A stretch of 64,000 bases of DNA from Armatimonadota bacterium (GTDB taxonomy: Bacteria > Vulcanimicrobiota > JACPDS01 > JBDRKI01). Positions 18,194-27,922 of this stretch are shown here, one piece after another. Position 1 is the first letter of the stretch. Each line of letters starts with the position of its first letter. Location of the stretch: NCBI GenBank assembly GCA_043814095.1, contig JBDRKI010000036.1, forward strand, positions 32,001-96,000, in the 5' to 3' direction. The translations under genes and the position numbers were made by a program. The notes under the pieces were generated by a model. The model was not told the origin of the DNA, made no database searches, and saw only the letters and a list, made by a program, of their open reading frames with translations.

Positions 18194-19612
18194 TTAAACT
18201 TTTACTTCTTTTTTTGCCTCGGGAATAGGGCAAGGCTGGTTATCTAAACACAGTTTAGATGTCTTACCGTTGCTTTTATTAAAATAATCTCTTGTTGCCT
18301 TAACGATAATAGGACTTAGCGCTATTAAAGCTATAAGGTTGGGGAATACCATAAGTCCGTTCGTTATGTCAGCAAGGTTCCATATCAGCTTAAGGGCCGA
18401 TACGGCGCCTACGAAGTATAAAGCTACATATACAAGCCTGTATAATATAACTGACTTTTCACCGAAAAGGTATTCCATGCACCTGTCTCCGTAATATGAC
18501 CAGCTGATAGCTGTTGAGAATGCGAAGAGACATATTGCTATAGGAACAATATAAAGGCCATTTGCTATTCCCAGTCCGTTCTGGAATGCCAGGGTTGCCA
18601 GTTCTCCGCTGGTTGTGCCTGTTTTCCATGCCCCGGACACAACTATAACCAATCCTGTCATAGAACATATTATAAATGTGTCAATAAAGGTTTCCAGCAT
18701 TGATACAAGGGCCTGTCTTACCGGTTCTGTTGTTTTAGCCGCCGCATGCGCTATAGGGGCGGAACCCATACCGGCTTCATTGGAGAATAATCCTCTGGCC
18801 ACACCGTATCTCATAACCATAAGTATGCTGAACCCCGCTGCTCCGCCTAATGCCGCCTGGGGATTAAAAGCACTCACTACAACCAGCTTTAATCCGGGTA
18901 TTATCATTTTATAATTCAATGCCAGAACAGCTGCCGCTCCGAGTATATAGAAGGTACACATTATAGGGGAGAGCTTGCTTGCAAACTGGGCTATTCTTTT
19001 TATCCCGCCGATTATTACCAGGAATAATAAAGTTGCCAGTATAAGTCCTGTTACGACAGGAGGAATATTAAATGTAGTTTGTAAGGCCTGGGCAACAGTA
19101 TTGGACTGCACCATATTGCCGATACCGAAGGAAGCTATTACGGTAAATAAAGCGAAAGCATACGCAAGGGGCTTCCATTTAGGACCCATGCCTTTTTCAA
19201 TGTAGTACATCGCTCCGCCGCTTACCGAGCCGTCTTTATGGACAAACCTGTAAAGGTGTCCTAAAAGGCATTCTGAATATTTTAACGCCATTCCGAAAAA
19301 CGCTGTTACCCACATCCAGAATAATGCTCCCGGTCCGCCAAGATGTATCGCGGTTGCCACGCCTGCTATATTTCCTATGCCTACGGTTGCGGAGATAGCG
19401 GTATAAAGAGCCTGTTTATGCGTGATATCACCGGGATCATCGGGATTATCATATTTTCCTGTGAGTATGCCTAAAGCGTAAGGGAGTCTTTTTATCTGTA
19501 TAAAGACAAGCCTTAAGGTGAGGTAAAGTCCCGCAGCCAGCAGGACAAACATTAAAAAGTCGCCCCATACCATAGAGCTTATTTTCTGAATAATGGCATT
19601 TAAACTTTCCAT
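18194..19612 (-). CDS. Sodium:alanine/glycine symporter (AGCS family)
   Basis: ATVGIGNIAGVA, GGPGALFWMW, RGLFSNEAGMGSAPIAHA and ADITNGLM..PNL motifs. Confidence 0.95.
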   Translation of the reverse strand: MESLNAIIQKISSMVWGDFLMFVLLAAGLYLTLRLVFIQIKRLPYALGILTGKYDNPDDPGDITHKQALYTAISATVGIGNIAGVATAIHLGGPGALFWMWVTAFFGMALKYSECLLGHLYRFVHKDGSVSGGAMYYIEKGMGPKWKPLAYAFALFTVIASFGIGNMVQSNTVAQALQTTFNIPPVVTGLILATLLFLVIIGGIKRIAQFASKLSPIMCTFYILGAAAVLALNYKMIIPGLKLVVVSAFNPQAALGGAAGFSILMVMRYGVARGLFSNEAGMGSAPIAHAAAKTTEPVRQALVSMLETFIDTFIICSMTGLVIVVSGAWKTGTTSGELATLAFQNGLGIANGLYIVPIAICLFAFSTAISWSYYGDRCMEYLFGEKSVILYRLVYVALYFVGAVSALKLIWNLADITNGLMVFPNLIALIALSPIIVKATRDYFNKSNGKTSKLCLDNQPCPIPEAKKEVKV

Positions 19613-19762
19613 GGTGCACCTCTGTAATCATTAATAAATAATAGTATACCTGGATAATATATTAATAGTCAAGGCAAATCTTGCTGAATTTTGCCATATA
19701 AAGAAATAAAAAAAAGATAAAAAAAGGATTATAGGACATAAAAATAGTAAATAATACTCAGT

Positions 19763-20302
19763 ATGAAAAAAAATCTTGATTTAAACGGAATTTTTAATAC
19801 GGAAGATATAACCCAGAAGCTGGTTAACCATATTAATATAGATGGTAAATCTTATGATATAAGCGGTCTTACAATGGAAGAAAGAGCCAGCCTGCGTACT
19901 TATCTGGATAAATTCTGCAGCCTTAAAGATGGTTTTTTACTCCCTTTAGAGCAGAGAGAGATAAGAAAGGAAGACTTAGCGTTATATGTTAAGCCCCTTA
20001 AAGAAAAATTATCTCTTGCAGTAAATACGAAGGATCCGGGTGAGCTGGAAACACTGTCTAATGACGGAAGTACAGATAAAAATGGCAGGCAGGTTGTTAA
20101 AATAAAAGTTATATCTAATCAATGTACACCGCCTGAGGTTTTAACAGAGCTTTCTTTCCAGCTTGATAGAGATATAGTTCTGGCTCTGGCGGGGAATGAG
20201 AATACCCCCGGTGAAGTATTGGCTCGTCTGCATAAACTATATATATATAATGAACAGATTAAAAATATGATTGAAAATAATCCAAATTACAAAAAGAGGT
20301 AA
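19763..20302 (+). CDS. Hypothetical protein with C-terminal LRV-like helical repeats
   Basis: NQCTPPEVLTEL, NENTPGEVLARL and terminal ENNPN repeats. Confidence 0.6.
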   Translation: MKKNLDLNGIFNTEDITQKLVNHINIDGKSYDISGLTMEERASLRTYLDKFCSLKDGFLLPLEQREIRKEDLALYVKPLKEKLSLAVNTKDPGELETLSNDGSTDKNGRQVVKIKVISNQCTPPEVLTELSFQLDRDIVLALAGNENTPGEVLARLHKLYIYNEQIKNMIENNPNYKKR

Positions 20303-20307
20303 GAAAT

Positions 20308-22134
20308 ATGCAGGATACTTACAAAAGCAACAGGCTTATTACACAGGAAGACATAAAGAAAATGTGGAGAGCTAACCCGCAGTTCCGTAAGCTGTTAAAG
20401 AGAAGTAAAACTCTTGAAGATGCAAGGCAGAAAATCCGCGTCTATATAAATGAATGTCTGGAATATCTGTTTTCAACCGAGTGCCACCTCCATACTATGG
20501 AAAAAGTAAATGCAAGAGAATGCGCGAGGGCTCTTAGAAATATAACCTCGCCTATAAGCGAGAAAAGAACGGGATTCAGCTCCCTGGAAGTTTTATGGAA
20601 GATTGCAAGAGGAAAACAGGATGAGATAAAAGATGAAATAAAGCTGGGATTTGTAAAAGAGTTTGAACATTTATTTAAAGGTCTTATCGGCAAATCAGGC
20701 ATATATGATGAAGAAAGCGATATAGATAAAGCTCTTGCTCATGCTCAAGGAAGGGATGCCGCAGTTATCCGCTCTAAGATTCTTGATAAAATGTCGGCCA
20801 ATATTCAGAAGTATATAAAAAAATATCCTTCAGGTCTTAAATCAGCTATTGTTAAAAATAGAAAAGAAAACGTAAAAAGAATATGTGAATATTTCGGCGC
20901 GTCTGAAGCAGACTGGAATGACTACAAGTGGCAGCTGAAACATGTTGTAAAAGACGCGGAGATTTTATCTAAATTAATAGACCTTACTCCCGAAGAAGAA
21001 AAAGCGGTAAGGCTTGCCAAAGAATATAAAATTCCGTTCGGCATTACCCCTTATTATATCTCTCTTATGGATAAAGATACTTCAAGAAAATATGATCATG
21101 CTGTAAGGGCGCAGGTTATACCCCCCCTTTATTATGTTGAAAGAATGAAGATGAACAGGGAAGACAGGAAAGAAGAACTGGATTTTATGGGCGAAGCCGA
21201 CACATCCCCGATTGACCTTGTAACAAGAAGATATCCCCAGATAGCCATCTTTAAACCTTATAATACATGCGCGCAGATATGCGTATACTGCCAGAGAAAC
21301 TGGGAGATAGATGAATGCATGTCTCCTCAGGCACTATGCTCGCGCGAGCAGATGGAAAAAGCGATAGAATGGTTCAGAACCCATCCCAGGGTTACGGAAG
21401 TTTTGATAACGGGCGGGGACCCTCTTGTTATGCAGGATGAATTAATTGATGAAATTTTAAGCAAGTTCGCGAAGATAAAGCACATAGAAAGAATACGTAT
21501 AGGCAGCCGCGCGCCTGTCGTACTTCCGATGAGGTTTACAAAAAACCTTATTAATATTATGAAAAAGCACAATAAAACGGGAAAAAGGGAAGTATGCCTT
21601 GTTACTCATTTTGAACATCCCTATGAGGTAACACCCGAGAGCGGCAAAGCCTGTTTAAAAGTTAAAAAAGCGGGGTTAAGCATATATAACCAGCAGGTAT
21701 TTACCCTTGAGAACTGCAGGAAATTTGAGACAGTTGCACTCCGCAAATCCCTGCGCTCTATAGGCGTTGATCCATACTATACTTTCAATGCAAAAGGCAA
21801 AGAAGAAACGAGGCATTACAGGGTGCCTATAGCAAGAATCCTTCAGGAGAGAAAAGAAGGAGCCCGCCTAGTTTCAGGCCTGGTAAGGACCGATGAGCCT
21901 GTATTTAATATACCGAAACTGGGCAAGAATCATTTAAGAGCTCTCCAGGACCATAAAGTTATAATGATAAAACCCAGCGGGGCAAGAGTTTATGAATTTC
22001 ACCCATGGGAGAAGAATATAACTTTAACTTCATCTTATGATTATGAAGATATTCCCATAATTGAATTTTTAGAAGAGATGGAAAAAAGGGGAGAAAAGGT
22101 TAAGGATTATAAAACTATATGGTACTATTTTTAA
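20308..22134 (+). CDS. KamA-family radical SAM aminomutase-like protein (long form)
   Basis: CAQICVYCQR (CxxxCxxC), WNDYKWQLKH, ITPYY, VTRRYP, VLITGGDPL, RIGSR.PVVLPMR, THFEHPYE, NQQVF; PKLGK at the PLP-lysine position. Confidence 0.9.
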   Translation: MQDTYKSNRLITQEDIKKMWRANPQFRKLLKRSKTLEDARQKIRVYINECLEYLFSTECHLHTMEKVNARECARALRNITSPISEKRTGFSSLEVLWKIARGKQDEIKDEIKLGFVKEFEHLFKGLIGKSGIYDEESDIDKALAHAQGRDAAVIRSKILDKMSANIQKYIKKYPSGLKSAIVKNRKENVKRICEYFGASEADWNDYKWQLKHVVKDAEILSKLIDLTPEEEKAVRLAKEYKIPFGITPYYISLMDKDTSRKYDHAVRAQVIPPLYYVERMKMNREDRKEELDFMGEADTSPIDLVTRRYPQIAIFKPYNTCAQICVYCQRNWEIDECMSPQALCSREQMEKAIEWFRTHPRVTEVLITGGDPLVMQDELIDEILSKFAKIKHIERIRIGSRAPVVLPMRFTKNLINIMKKHNKTGKREVCLVTHFEHPYEVTPESGKACLKVKKAGLSIYNQQVFTLENCRKFETVALRKSLRSIGVDPYYTFNAKGKEETRHYRVPIARILQERKEGARLVSGLVRTDEPVFNIPKLGKNHLRALQDHKVIMIKPSGARVYEFHPWEKNITLTSSYDYEDIPIIEFLEEMEKRGEKVKDYKTIWYYF

Positions 22135-22155
22135 TATAAAAATAATAAATTTTAA

Positions 22156-22181
22156 AGGAAAAATAAAAAAAAATAGAGAAC
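22156..22181 (+). promoter_or_regulatory. SigH-like promoter (AGGA-N18-GAAC)
   Basis: AGGA 22156-22159, GAAC 22178-22181, upstream of the 22240 start. Confidence 0.4.
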
Positions 22182-22239
22182 TTATTATTAAAATTAAATA
22201 ACAATATTTTTTTAAATATCAATTAAGGGGGTATTCTCC

Positions 22240-24378
22240 GTGAAAAAAAATATTTTACTATGGCTGATTGTTCTATTTGTTTTTTCCGGTATGGTTTTTT
22301 CCATTAACGGATGTGCAGGGATTGCAAGTACTGTTTTAACAGCTTCAGGTACAACAGGGGGGAGCCTTTTATGCCGTGTTCTTGTACCTGTTGCCAGAGA
22401 TAAAGCAGAAACCAGGGCGGGCTACCAACCCTTACAAGGAGCCCGGGTATCTGTTGTGGGTTTGAATAAATATGCTATAACTGATCATAATGGTGATGCT
22501 GTAATTAACGGTGTTCCCGGGGGAACATATAATGTTACCGTAGGCAAAGACGGTTATGAGACCCTCACCTATACGGGCGTTAGCGTTAATAATACGGCAA
22601 GCACCAGAGTTGGATCTTCGAATGGTGTTGATATAACTACTTCATCTGATCCCGGCATTCTGGATTTAAGTTCTTCAAGCGGGCAGGTAGGTACGCCCGT
22701 AACAATTACAGGTACTAATTTCGGGGCATCACAGGGAACCTCAACCGTAACATTTAACAGCACAGAAGCAACCGTAACCAGCTGGTCCAGCACTTCTATA
22801 AGATGTACGGTACCCGGTGGTGCTACAACAGGAAATGTTATTGTTACGGTAGATTCTACTGCAAGTAATTCCGTAGCGTTTACAGTTTCTGAAGCTGGAG
22901 AAGCCGGTTCTCCCAGTATTACAAGCCTTACTCCGACAAGCGGGGAAGTAGGGGATTCAGTTACAATAGCCGGAGAGAATTTCGGTTCTTCCCAGGGCTC
23001 GTCAACTGTATCTTTTAACGGTACAGAGTCTACTTCCATAACAAGCTGGTCAGATACCCAGATTGTGTGTACCGTACCTACAGGCGCTACAAGCGGCAGT
23101 GTGTTTGTAACTGTAGATGGTACTTCTTCAAATGGTTCTACTTTCACTGTTGAAAGCGGTGGCGGGGGAAGTGTGACTCCTTGGGTGAAGTCATGGGGCG
23201 CGGCAGGAGTTCATGAATATGCCAGAGCGGTTACAAGAGACAGCTCTAATAATGTTTATGTAACAGGAGATGTTGGGGGGCAGATATTAACTATAAAATA
23301 TGATAGCTCAGGCGATATTACCTGGAAAAAGAAATATACGGGTGCCGGCACAAGCAATATAGGCTACGGCATAGCTGTTGATTCTTCAGGTAATGTATAT
23401 GTAACCGGGAGATTTGAAAGCGAGTTAATTCTTATAAAATATGATAGTGACGGAGATGTTGACTGGGCTAAGAAGTGGGGAGGAGCAAGTACCGATATCG
23501 GTTTCGGAGTTGCTCTTGATAGTTCCGGTAATATTTATGTTGTCGGTAAATATTACTACAGTGTGGCAAGCAAGAATTATCTGGCACTTTTAAAATTTAA
23601 TTCAGACGGAGATCTTTCATTTGCCAAAGTCTGGAAGGATAAAATAGGTACTAGTAATGTAGCTATAGATATAGATGGCTCTGATAATATCTATATAGCC
23701 GCAGATACGCAGGCATTTTCTGTCTGGACGGATATTCTTCTTTTAAAGTGTAACACCGATGGTGATCTCGATATGCAGAAAACCTGGAGCTCTTCAGTTG
23801 AGGGTCTTGGTTTCGGCAATGCTATAGCGGCAGATTCTTCAGGTAATGTTTATGTTGTCGGGACCTCAAATGGCGCGGAAGGAAACCCGTTTGCGGGGGT
23901 GCTCGTGAAATTTACGGACGGTCTCGATAATTACGGCGGAAGTGTTGCCTGGGATGTTAACGGTACATCTGAGAGATTTAACGGAGTAGATGTAGATGGT
24001 TCCGGATATGTTTATACCGTAGGATACATTGATAATTATACTACGGCTTGTTATGTAAAATACAGCAGTGCCGGAGCGGTACTGGCAGAAAGCGCTTGGG
24101 GTGGTTCACGTGATGATAATTTTGATGCAGTGGAAGTAGACAGTTCAGGCAACATGTTTATTGCCGGTTATACAAAAAGCGCAGCTCCGGGCTGGATAGG
24201 GGTTACAAAATCTACGCCTGCTATTGTGGGCGAGGTAACAGTAAGAGCTACCGACTGGGGTGCTGCAGCAGGAGCTAGTTTAGCTCCGGGCGCCGGTGAG
24301 AGCAGTATTCCCGACGGTTCTACGGGTTATCCTTCGGATAATTATGCTAATACTGTTACTGCGGTAGTTACTCCTTAA
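22240..24378 (+). CDS. Surface lipoprotein: carboxypeptidase-regulatory-like domain, two IPT/TIG domains, SBBP-type beta-propeller
   Basis: Signal ending NGC25; GVPGGTYNVTV.KDGY; two G..VTI.G.NFG.SQG.STV.FN..W.....C.VP.GAT.G repeats; repeated IAVDSSGNVYVTG..KYD. Confidence 0.85.
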   Translation: MKKNILLWLIVLFVFSGMVFSINGCAGIASTVLTASGTTGGSLLCRVLVPVARDKAETRAGYQPLQGARVSVVGLNKYAITDHNGDAVINGVPGGTYNVTVGKDGYETLTYTGVSVNNTASTRVGSSNGVDITTSSDPGILDLSSSSGQVGTPVTITGTNFGASQGTSTVTFNSTEATVTSWSSTSIRCTVPGGATTGNVIVTVDSTASNSVAFTVSEAGEAGSPSITSLTPTSGEVGDSVTIAGENFGSSQGSSTVSFNGTESTSITSWSDTQIVCTVPTGATSGSVFVTVDGTSSNGSTFTVESGGGGSVTPWVKSWGAAGVHEYARAVTRDSSNNVYVTGDVGGQILTIKYDSSGDITWKKKYTGAGTSNIGYGIAVDSSGNVYVTGRFESELILIKYDSDGDVDWAKKWGGASTDIGFGVALDSSGNIYVVGKYYYSVASKNYLALLKFNSDGDLSFAKVWKDKIGTSNVAIDIDGSDNIYIAADTQAFSVWTDILLLKCNTDGDLDMQKTWSSSVEGLGFGNAIAADSSGNVYVVGTSNGAEGNPFAGVLVKFTDGLDNYGGSVAWDVNGTSERFNGVDVDGSGYVYTVGYIDNYTTACYVKYSSAGAVLAESAWGGSRDDNFDAVEVDSSGNMFIAGYTKSAAPGWIGVTKSTPAIVGEVTVRATDWGAAAGASLAPGAGESSIPDGSTGYPSDNYANTVTAVVTP

Positions 24379-24400
24379 TAATATAAGGGAATTATATATA

Positions 24401-24434
24401 AAGGGCGGTTTATTTCCTAATAAGCCGTCCTTTT
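24401..24434 (+). terminator. Intrinsic terminator
   Basis: AAGGGCGGTTTA...TAAGCCGTCCTTTT after the 24378 stop. Confidence 0.7.
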
Positions 24435-24539
24435 ATAATTATATATATTATAGGAAGAAAGTAGAAAAGAGCAGGTAAAAAGAAGGAATAAGAAAAAAGA
24501 AGGAAAAATTAATTCTACTTAAGAATATTTTGCCTGAAC

Positions 24540-24567
24540 TTGATTTTTTATTTTTAATATGTATAAT
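24540..24567 (+). promoter_or_regulatory. Putative sigma70 promoter of the hydrogenase operon
   Basis: TTGATT 24540-24545, 16 bp, TATAAT 24562-24567. Confidence 0.45.
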
Positions 24568-24626
24568 AGTGATACTTGTCTTTTTTTAAGTATTAATAAT
24601 ATATTAATTAGGAGAAAGGTAGAATT

Positions 24627-26072
24627 ATGAACACACAAGCTTTAATTTTACTGATTGTCTTTATTCCAGTCCTCGGTTCACTTATTCTTCCCCTTCTTGG
24701 CAGACTCTCACCCCGTCTCAGAAACATATGCAGCTTGATCTTTGTATCGGCTTCATTCGTGTTCTCGCTTATGCTGATCCCCCACATTAACGCCGGTGAA
24801 CCTGCAACAATAAGGTTCAATTTTTTATTCGGGCAGGAGCTTTTCCATGCCGATAAGCTGGCAATTTTTATGGCGCTTGTATCAACACTGGTAGGCGCCA
24901 TTATTGTTCTGTATTCATTCGGGTATATTAATCCTTATAAGAACCAGAATGAATACTACTTTATGGTTGTGCTCTTCTTGGGTTCAATGATGGGAATAGT
25001 TTTCTCGTCAAACCTAATAATTCTCTTCCTTTTCTGGGAGATAACAGCCATAGCATGCTGGAGGCTGATAGGTTTCTTCAGGACTCCCAATGATGTTGTA
25101 AGAGCCGATAAAGCGTTCCTGGTAACAGTATTTGGTGCTCTTGTCATGTTATTGGGCTTTTTTGTGGTATACCAGCAGACAGGCACATTTGATCTTCTGG
25201 CCATAAAACAGCATCTTTTAAACGGCCATATTTCAAATTTAGCTATTTTCCTTATACTCTTCGGTATATTATCTAAGTCAGCTACACTGCCTCTGCATAC
25301 ATGGCTGCCTGACGCAGGTGTCGCGCCGTCACCGGTAACGGCATTGCTGCACGCCGCTGTTCTTGTTAAGATCGGCGTTTATGTGTTTGCAAGATTGTTT
25401 GTAATGACTATACCGATAGAAGTTATGTGGCATGAAATTGTGCCGTGGATAGCCGGTATAAGCGCTATTGTTGCGGCAGGCGCGGCTTTAATAGATACCG
25501 ATATGAAAAGAATCATTGCTTATTCAACAATAAGCCAGATAGGATACATCTTTTTAGGGCTTGCGATAGGAAATCCCATAGGAATTGCAGGCGGGCTTCT
25601 ATATATATTAATGCACGGTCTTGCAAAAGGAGGCCTCTTCTTATGCGCGGGCATTGTTGAACAGAAAACCCATGTAAAAGATATAACAAAACTGGGCGGA
25701 CTTATAACGGTTATGCCCATAACCGCCATATCGTTCCTTTTCTGTGCGTTATCGGTAATGGGAATACCGCCTTTCGGAGGATTCTTCAGTAAATATATGG
25801 TTATTACAAGCGCGGCAAACGCTAAGGATTTATTCATAGCTCTTACGTTTGTTGTCGGCGCCTTTTTAACTATTATATACCTCTTCCGCCTGTTTAATTC
25901 AATATTTATGGGAGATATAAAAGTGAAATCGGAAAAAGAAGGCACCCCGGGTATGGTTTTCAGCGTGGCGGCACTGGCAGTGCTCTCACTGCTTGCGGGC
26001 GTCTTTATAAATTATTCTTCAGACTTTGTTCAGTCAATAGTGAATGAAGTTTCTAAGGTGGTGTTAAGATGA
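24627..26072 (+). CDS. Membrane-bound hydrogenase antiporter-like subunit 1 (NuoL/M/N, MrpA/D family)
   Basis: LFWE, KSATLPLHTWLPDA..APSPVTALLH, DMKRIIAYSTISQ and GIPPFGGFFSK motifs. Confidence 0.9.
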   Translation: MNTQALILLIVFIPVLGSLILPLLGRLSPRLRNICSLIFVSASFVFSLMLIPHINAGEPATIRFNFLFGQELFHADKLAIFMALVSTLVGAIIVLYSFGYINPYKNQNEYYFMVVLFLGSMMGIVFSSNLIILFLFWEITAIACWRLIGFFRTPNDVVRADKAFLVTVFGALVMLLGFFVVYQQTGTFDLLAIKQHLLNGHISNLAIFLILFGILSKSATLPLHTWLPDAGVAPSPVTALLHAAVLVKIGVYVFARLFVMTIPIEVMWHEIVPWIAGISAIVAAGAALIDTDMKRIIAYSTISQIGYIFLGLAIGNPIGIAGGLLYILMHGLAKGGLFLCAGIVEQKTHVKDITKLGGLITVMPITAISFLFCALSVMGIPPFGGFFSKYMVITSAANAKDLFIALTFVVGAFLTIIYLFRLFNSIFMGDIKVKSEKEGTPGMVFSVAALAVLSLLAGVFINYSSDFVQSIVNEVSKVVLR

Positions 26073-27913
26073 GCTCAAGCATTTTACTATATCTTATATT
26101 ATTACCTGTAATAGCGGCTGTTGCTGTTCTTCTTTTAAATAAGGTTAAATATATAAAAGAAGCGATAGCCCTTATTGTAACAGCTGCTGTTTTAGCCGCA
26201 GTGATAATGATCTTTAACAAAGATATGACGCATTGTGTACGCTGGTGCGGTTTCGGGCTGGAGATGTCGCTGCGTAATTACAATTTCAGCAGTTTTATAA
26301 TGCTCTTCGGCGCGGGATTCGCGTTTCTTATAGCTCTGTATTCACTTACATTTATGAAGGGGAAAGAGTACCTTAACCAGTTTTACGCGTACCTTCTCAT
26401 AACACTCGGCTTTTTTAACGGGGCTGTATTATCAAATAACCTGGGTTCGCTTGTGTTTTTCTGGGAAGGACTGCTTATAGTGATATTTGGTTTTATCGTT
26501 ATAGGCGGCAAACTTTCCTTTAAAACAGCGGTTAAGGCATTTATCATATCCGGTGTAGCGGATATATGCTTCATACTGGGCATAGGTCTTACATATTATA
26601 TTGCCAAAACCCTTACAATCTCAGATATACATATGCAGATTACCACATTAAGCAGTATAGCGTTTATCTTCCTTATAATAGGCGCTGTCGCAAAATCAGG
26701 AGCTATGCCTTTCCACAGCTGGATACCCGATGCGGCCCTCGATGCTCCTCTGCCTTTTATGGCATTTATGCCCGCTTCATTGGACAAGCTTCTGGGCATA
26801 TATTTCTTAACAAGAATAGTTATGGATATTTACCAGCTTAATCCTCACACATGGCTAAGCACGGTACTTATGATTGTGGGCGCTGTTACAATTATACTTG
26901 CCGTTATGATGGCTCTGGTACAGAAGGATTATAAACGCCTTCTTTCATATCACGCCATCAGCCAGGCAGGCTACATGGTGCTCGGTATAGGTACATGCCT
27001 GCCTGTCGGTATTATCGGCGGTATATTCCATATGGTAAATAATGCATTATATAAATGCGGGTTGTTCTTAACAGGCGGCGCTGTTGAAAAACAGACCGGC
27101 ACAACCGACCTTAAGAAGCTCGGCGGTCTCGCAAAGTTCATGCCGATAACATGTATATGCTTCCTTATAACAGCGTTCTCAATATCCGGGTTCCCGGGAA
27201 CCAACGGATTTTTCTCTAAAGAGCTGGTATATGAAGCCGCTCTGGATAGAGGATGGATATATTACGCGGCGGCGCTTGTGGGAACTTTCTTAACAGCTGC
27301 GTCATTTTTAAAGCTCGGTCATGCGGCTTATTATGGTAAAGCCACGGCAGAAACAAAAAAAGCAAAAGAAGTAAACTGGACAATGAGCGTGCCCATGCTG
27401 GTAATAGCGGCGGTTTGTTTACTGTTCGGTCTTTACAACGCGCTCCCGATAAGGGATATGATCCAGCCCATACTGGGAGAGGCCATGCTCCACGGACATA
27501 ATTACGGAGGGATGCCTACAAGCTGGTTTCTGGTCGGTATGACTGTTATTGCTCTCGGGGCAGCGGTCATAAACCATATTTACGGCGTAAAGAAATCAGG
27601 ATCGGGGCTCGGCGCTTCAGATCATATACATAACGCGCCTATTCTTTCCGGTATTTACGCTAAAGCGGAAAAAAGATATTTTGACCCTTACGATATAGGG
27701 CTTAAGATAGTTGATGTTATAGCGAATATATCCTGGTATATAGACAGAGCTATAGACTGGATATACGAGAAACTTGCGGTAACGGTAACTTTTTCGTTAT
27801 CGCATCTTGTGAGAAGATTTCAGACAGGCAACTATACCGCGTATCTTTTATGGTGTATAGCGGGAGTTATAGTTGTTGTCTGGGCATTTTTTAGAATGAC
27901 TTATAATATATAA
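26069..27913 (+). CDS. Membrane-bound hydrogenase antiporter-like subunit 2 (NuoL/MrpA-like, with C-terminal lateral-helix extension)
   Basis: KSGAMPFHSWIPDA, KDYKRLLSYHAISQ, GFPGTNGFFSKE; C-terminal RRFQTGNYTAYL as in NuoL; ATGA-coupled to the previous gene. Confidence 0.9.
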   Translation: MSSSILLYLILLPVIAAVAVLLLNKVKYIKEAIALIVTAAVLAAVIMIFNKDMTHCVRWCGFGLEMSLRNYNFSSFIMLFGAGFAFLIALYSLTFMKGKEYLNQFYAYLLITLGFFNGAVLSNNLGSLVFFWEGLLIVIFGFIVIGGKLSFKTAVKAFIISGVADICFILGIGLTYYIAKTLTISDIHMQITTLSSIAFIFLIIGAVAKSGAMPFHSWIPDAALDAPLPFMAFMPASLDKLLGIYFLTRIVMDIYQLNPHTWLSTVLMIVGAVTIILAVMMALVQKDYKRLLSYHAISQAGYMVLGIGTCLPVGIIGGIFHMVNNALYKCGLFLTGGAVEKQTGTTDLKKLGGLAKFMPITCICFLITAFSISGFPGTNGFFSKELVYEAALDRGWIYYAAALVGTFLTAASFLKLGHAAYYGKATAETKKAKEVNWTMSVPMLVIAAVCLLFGLYNALPIRDMIQPILGEAMLHGHNYGGMPTSWFLVGMTVIALGAAVINHIYGVKKSGSGLGASDHIHNAPILSGIYAKAEKRYFDPYDIGLKIVDVIANISWYIDRAIDWIYEKLAVTVTFSLSHLVRRFQTGNYTAYLLWCIAGVIVVVWAFFRMTYNI

Positions 27914-27922
27914 GAAGAGAGG

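Noticed and set aside
20308-22134. EpmB (EF-P beta-lysylation aminomutase)
   Set aside because: Far longer than EpmB, and no efp or epmA nearby; left as KamA family
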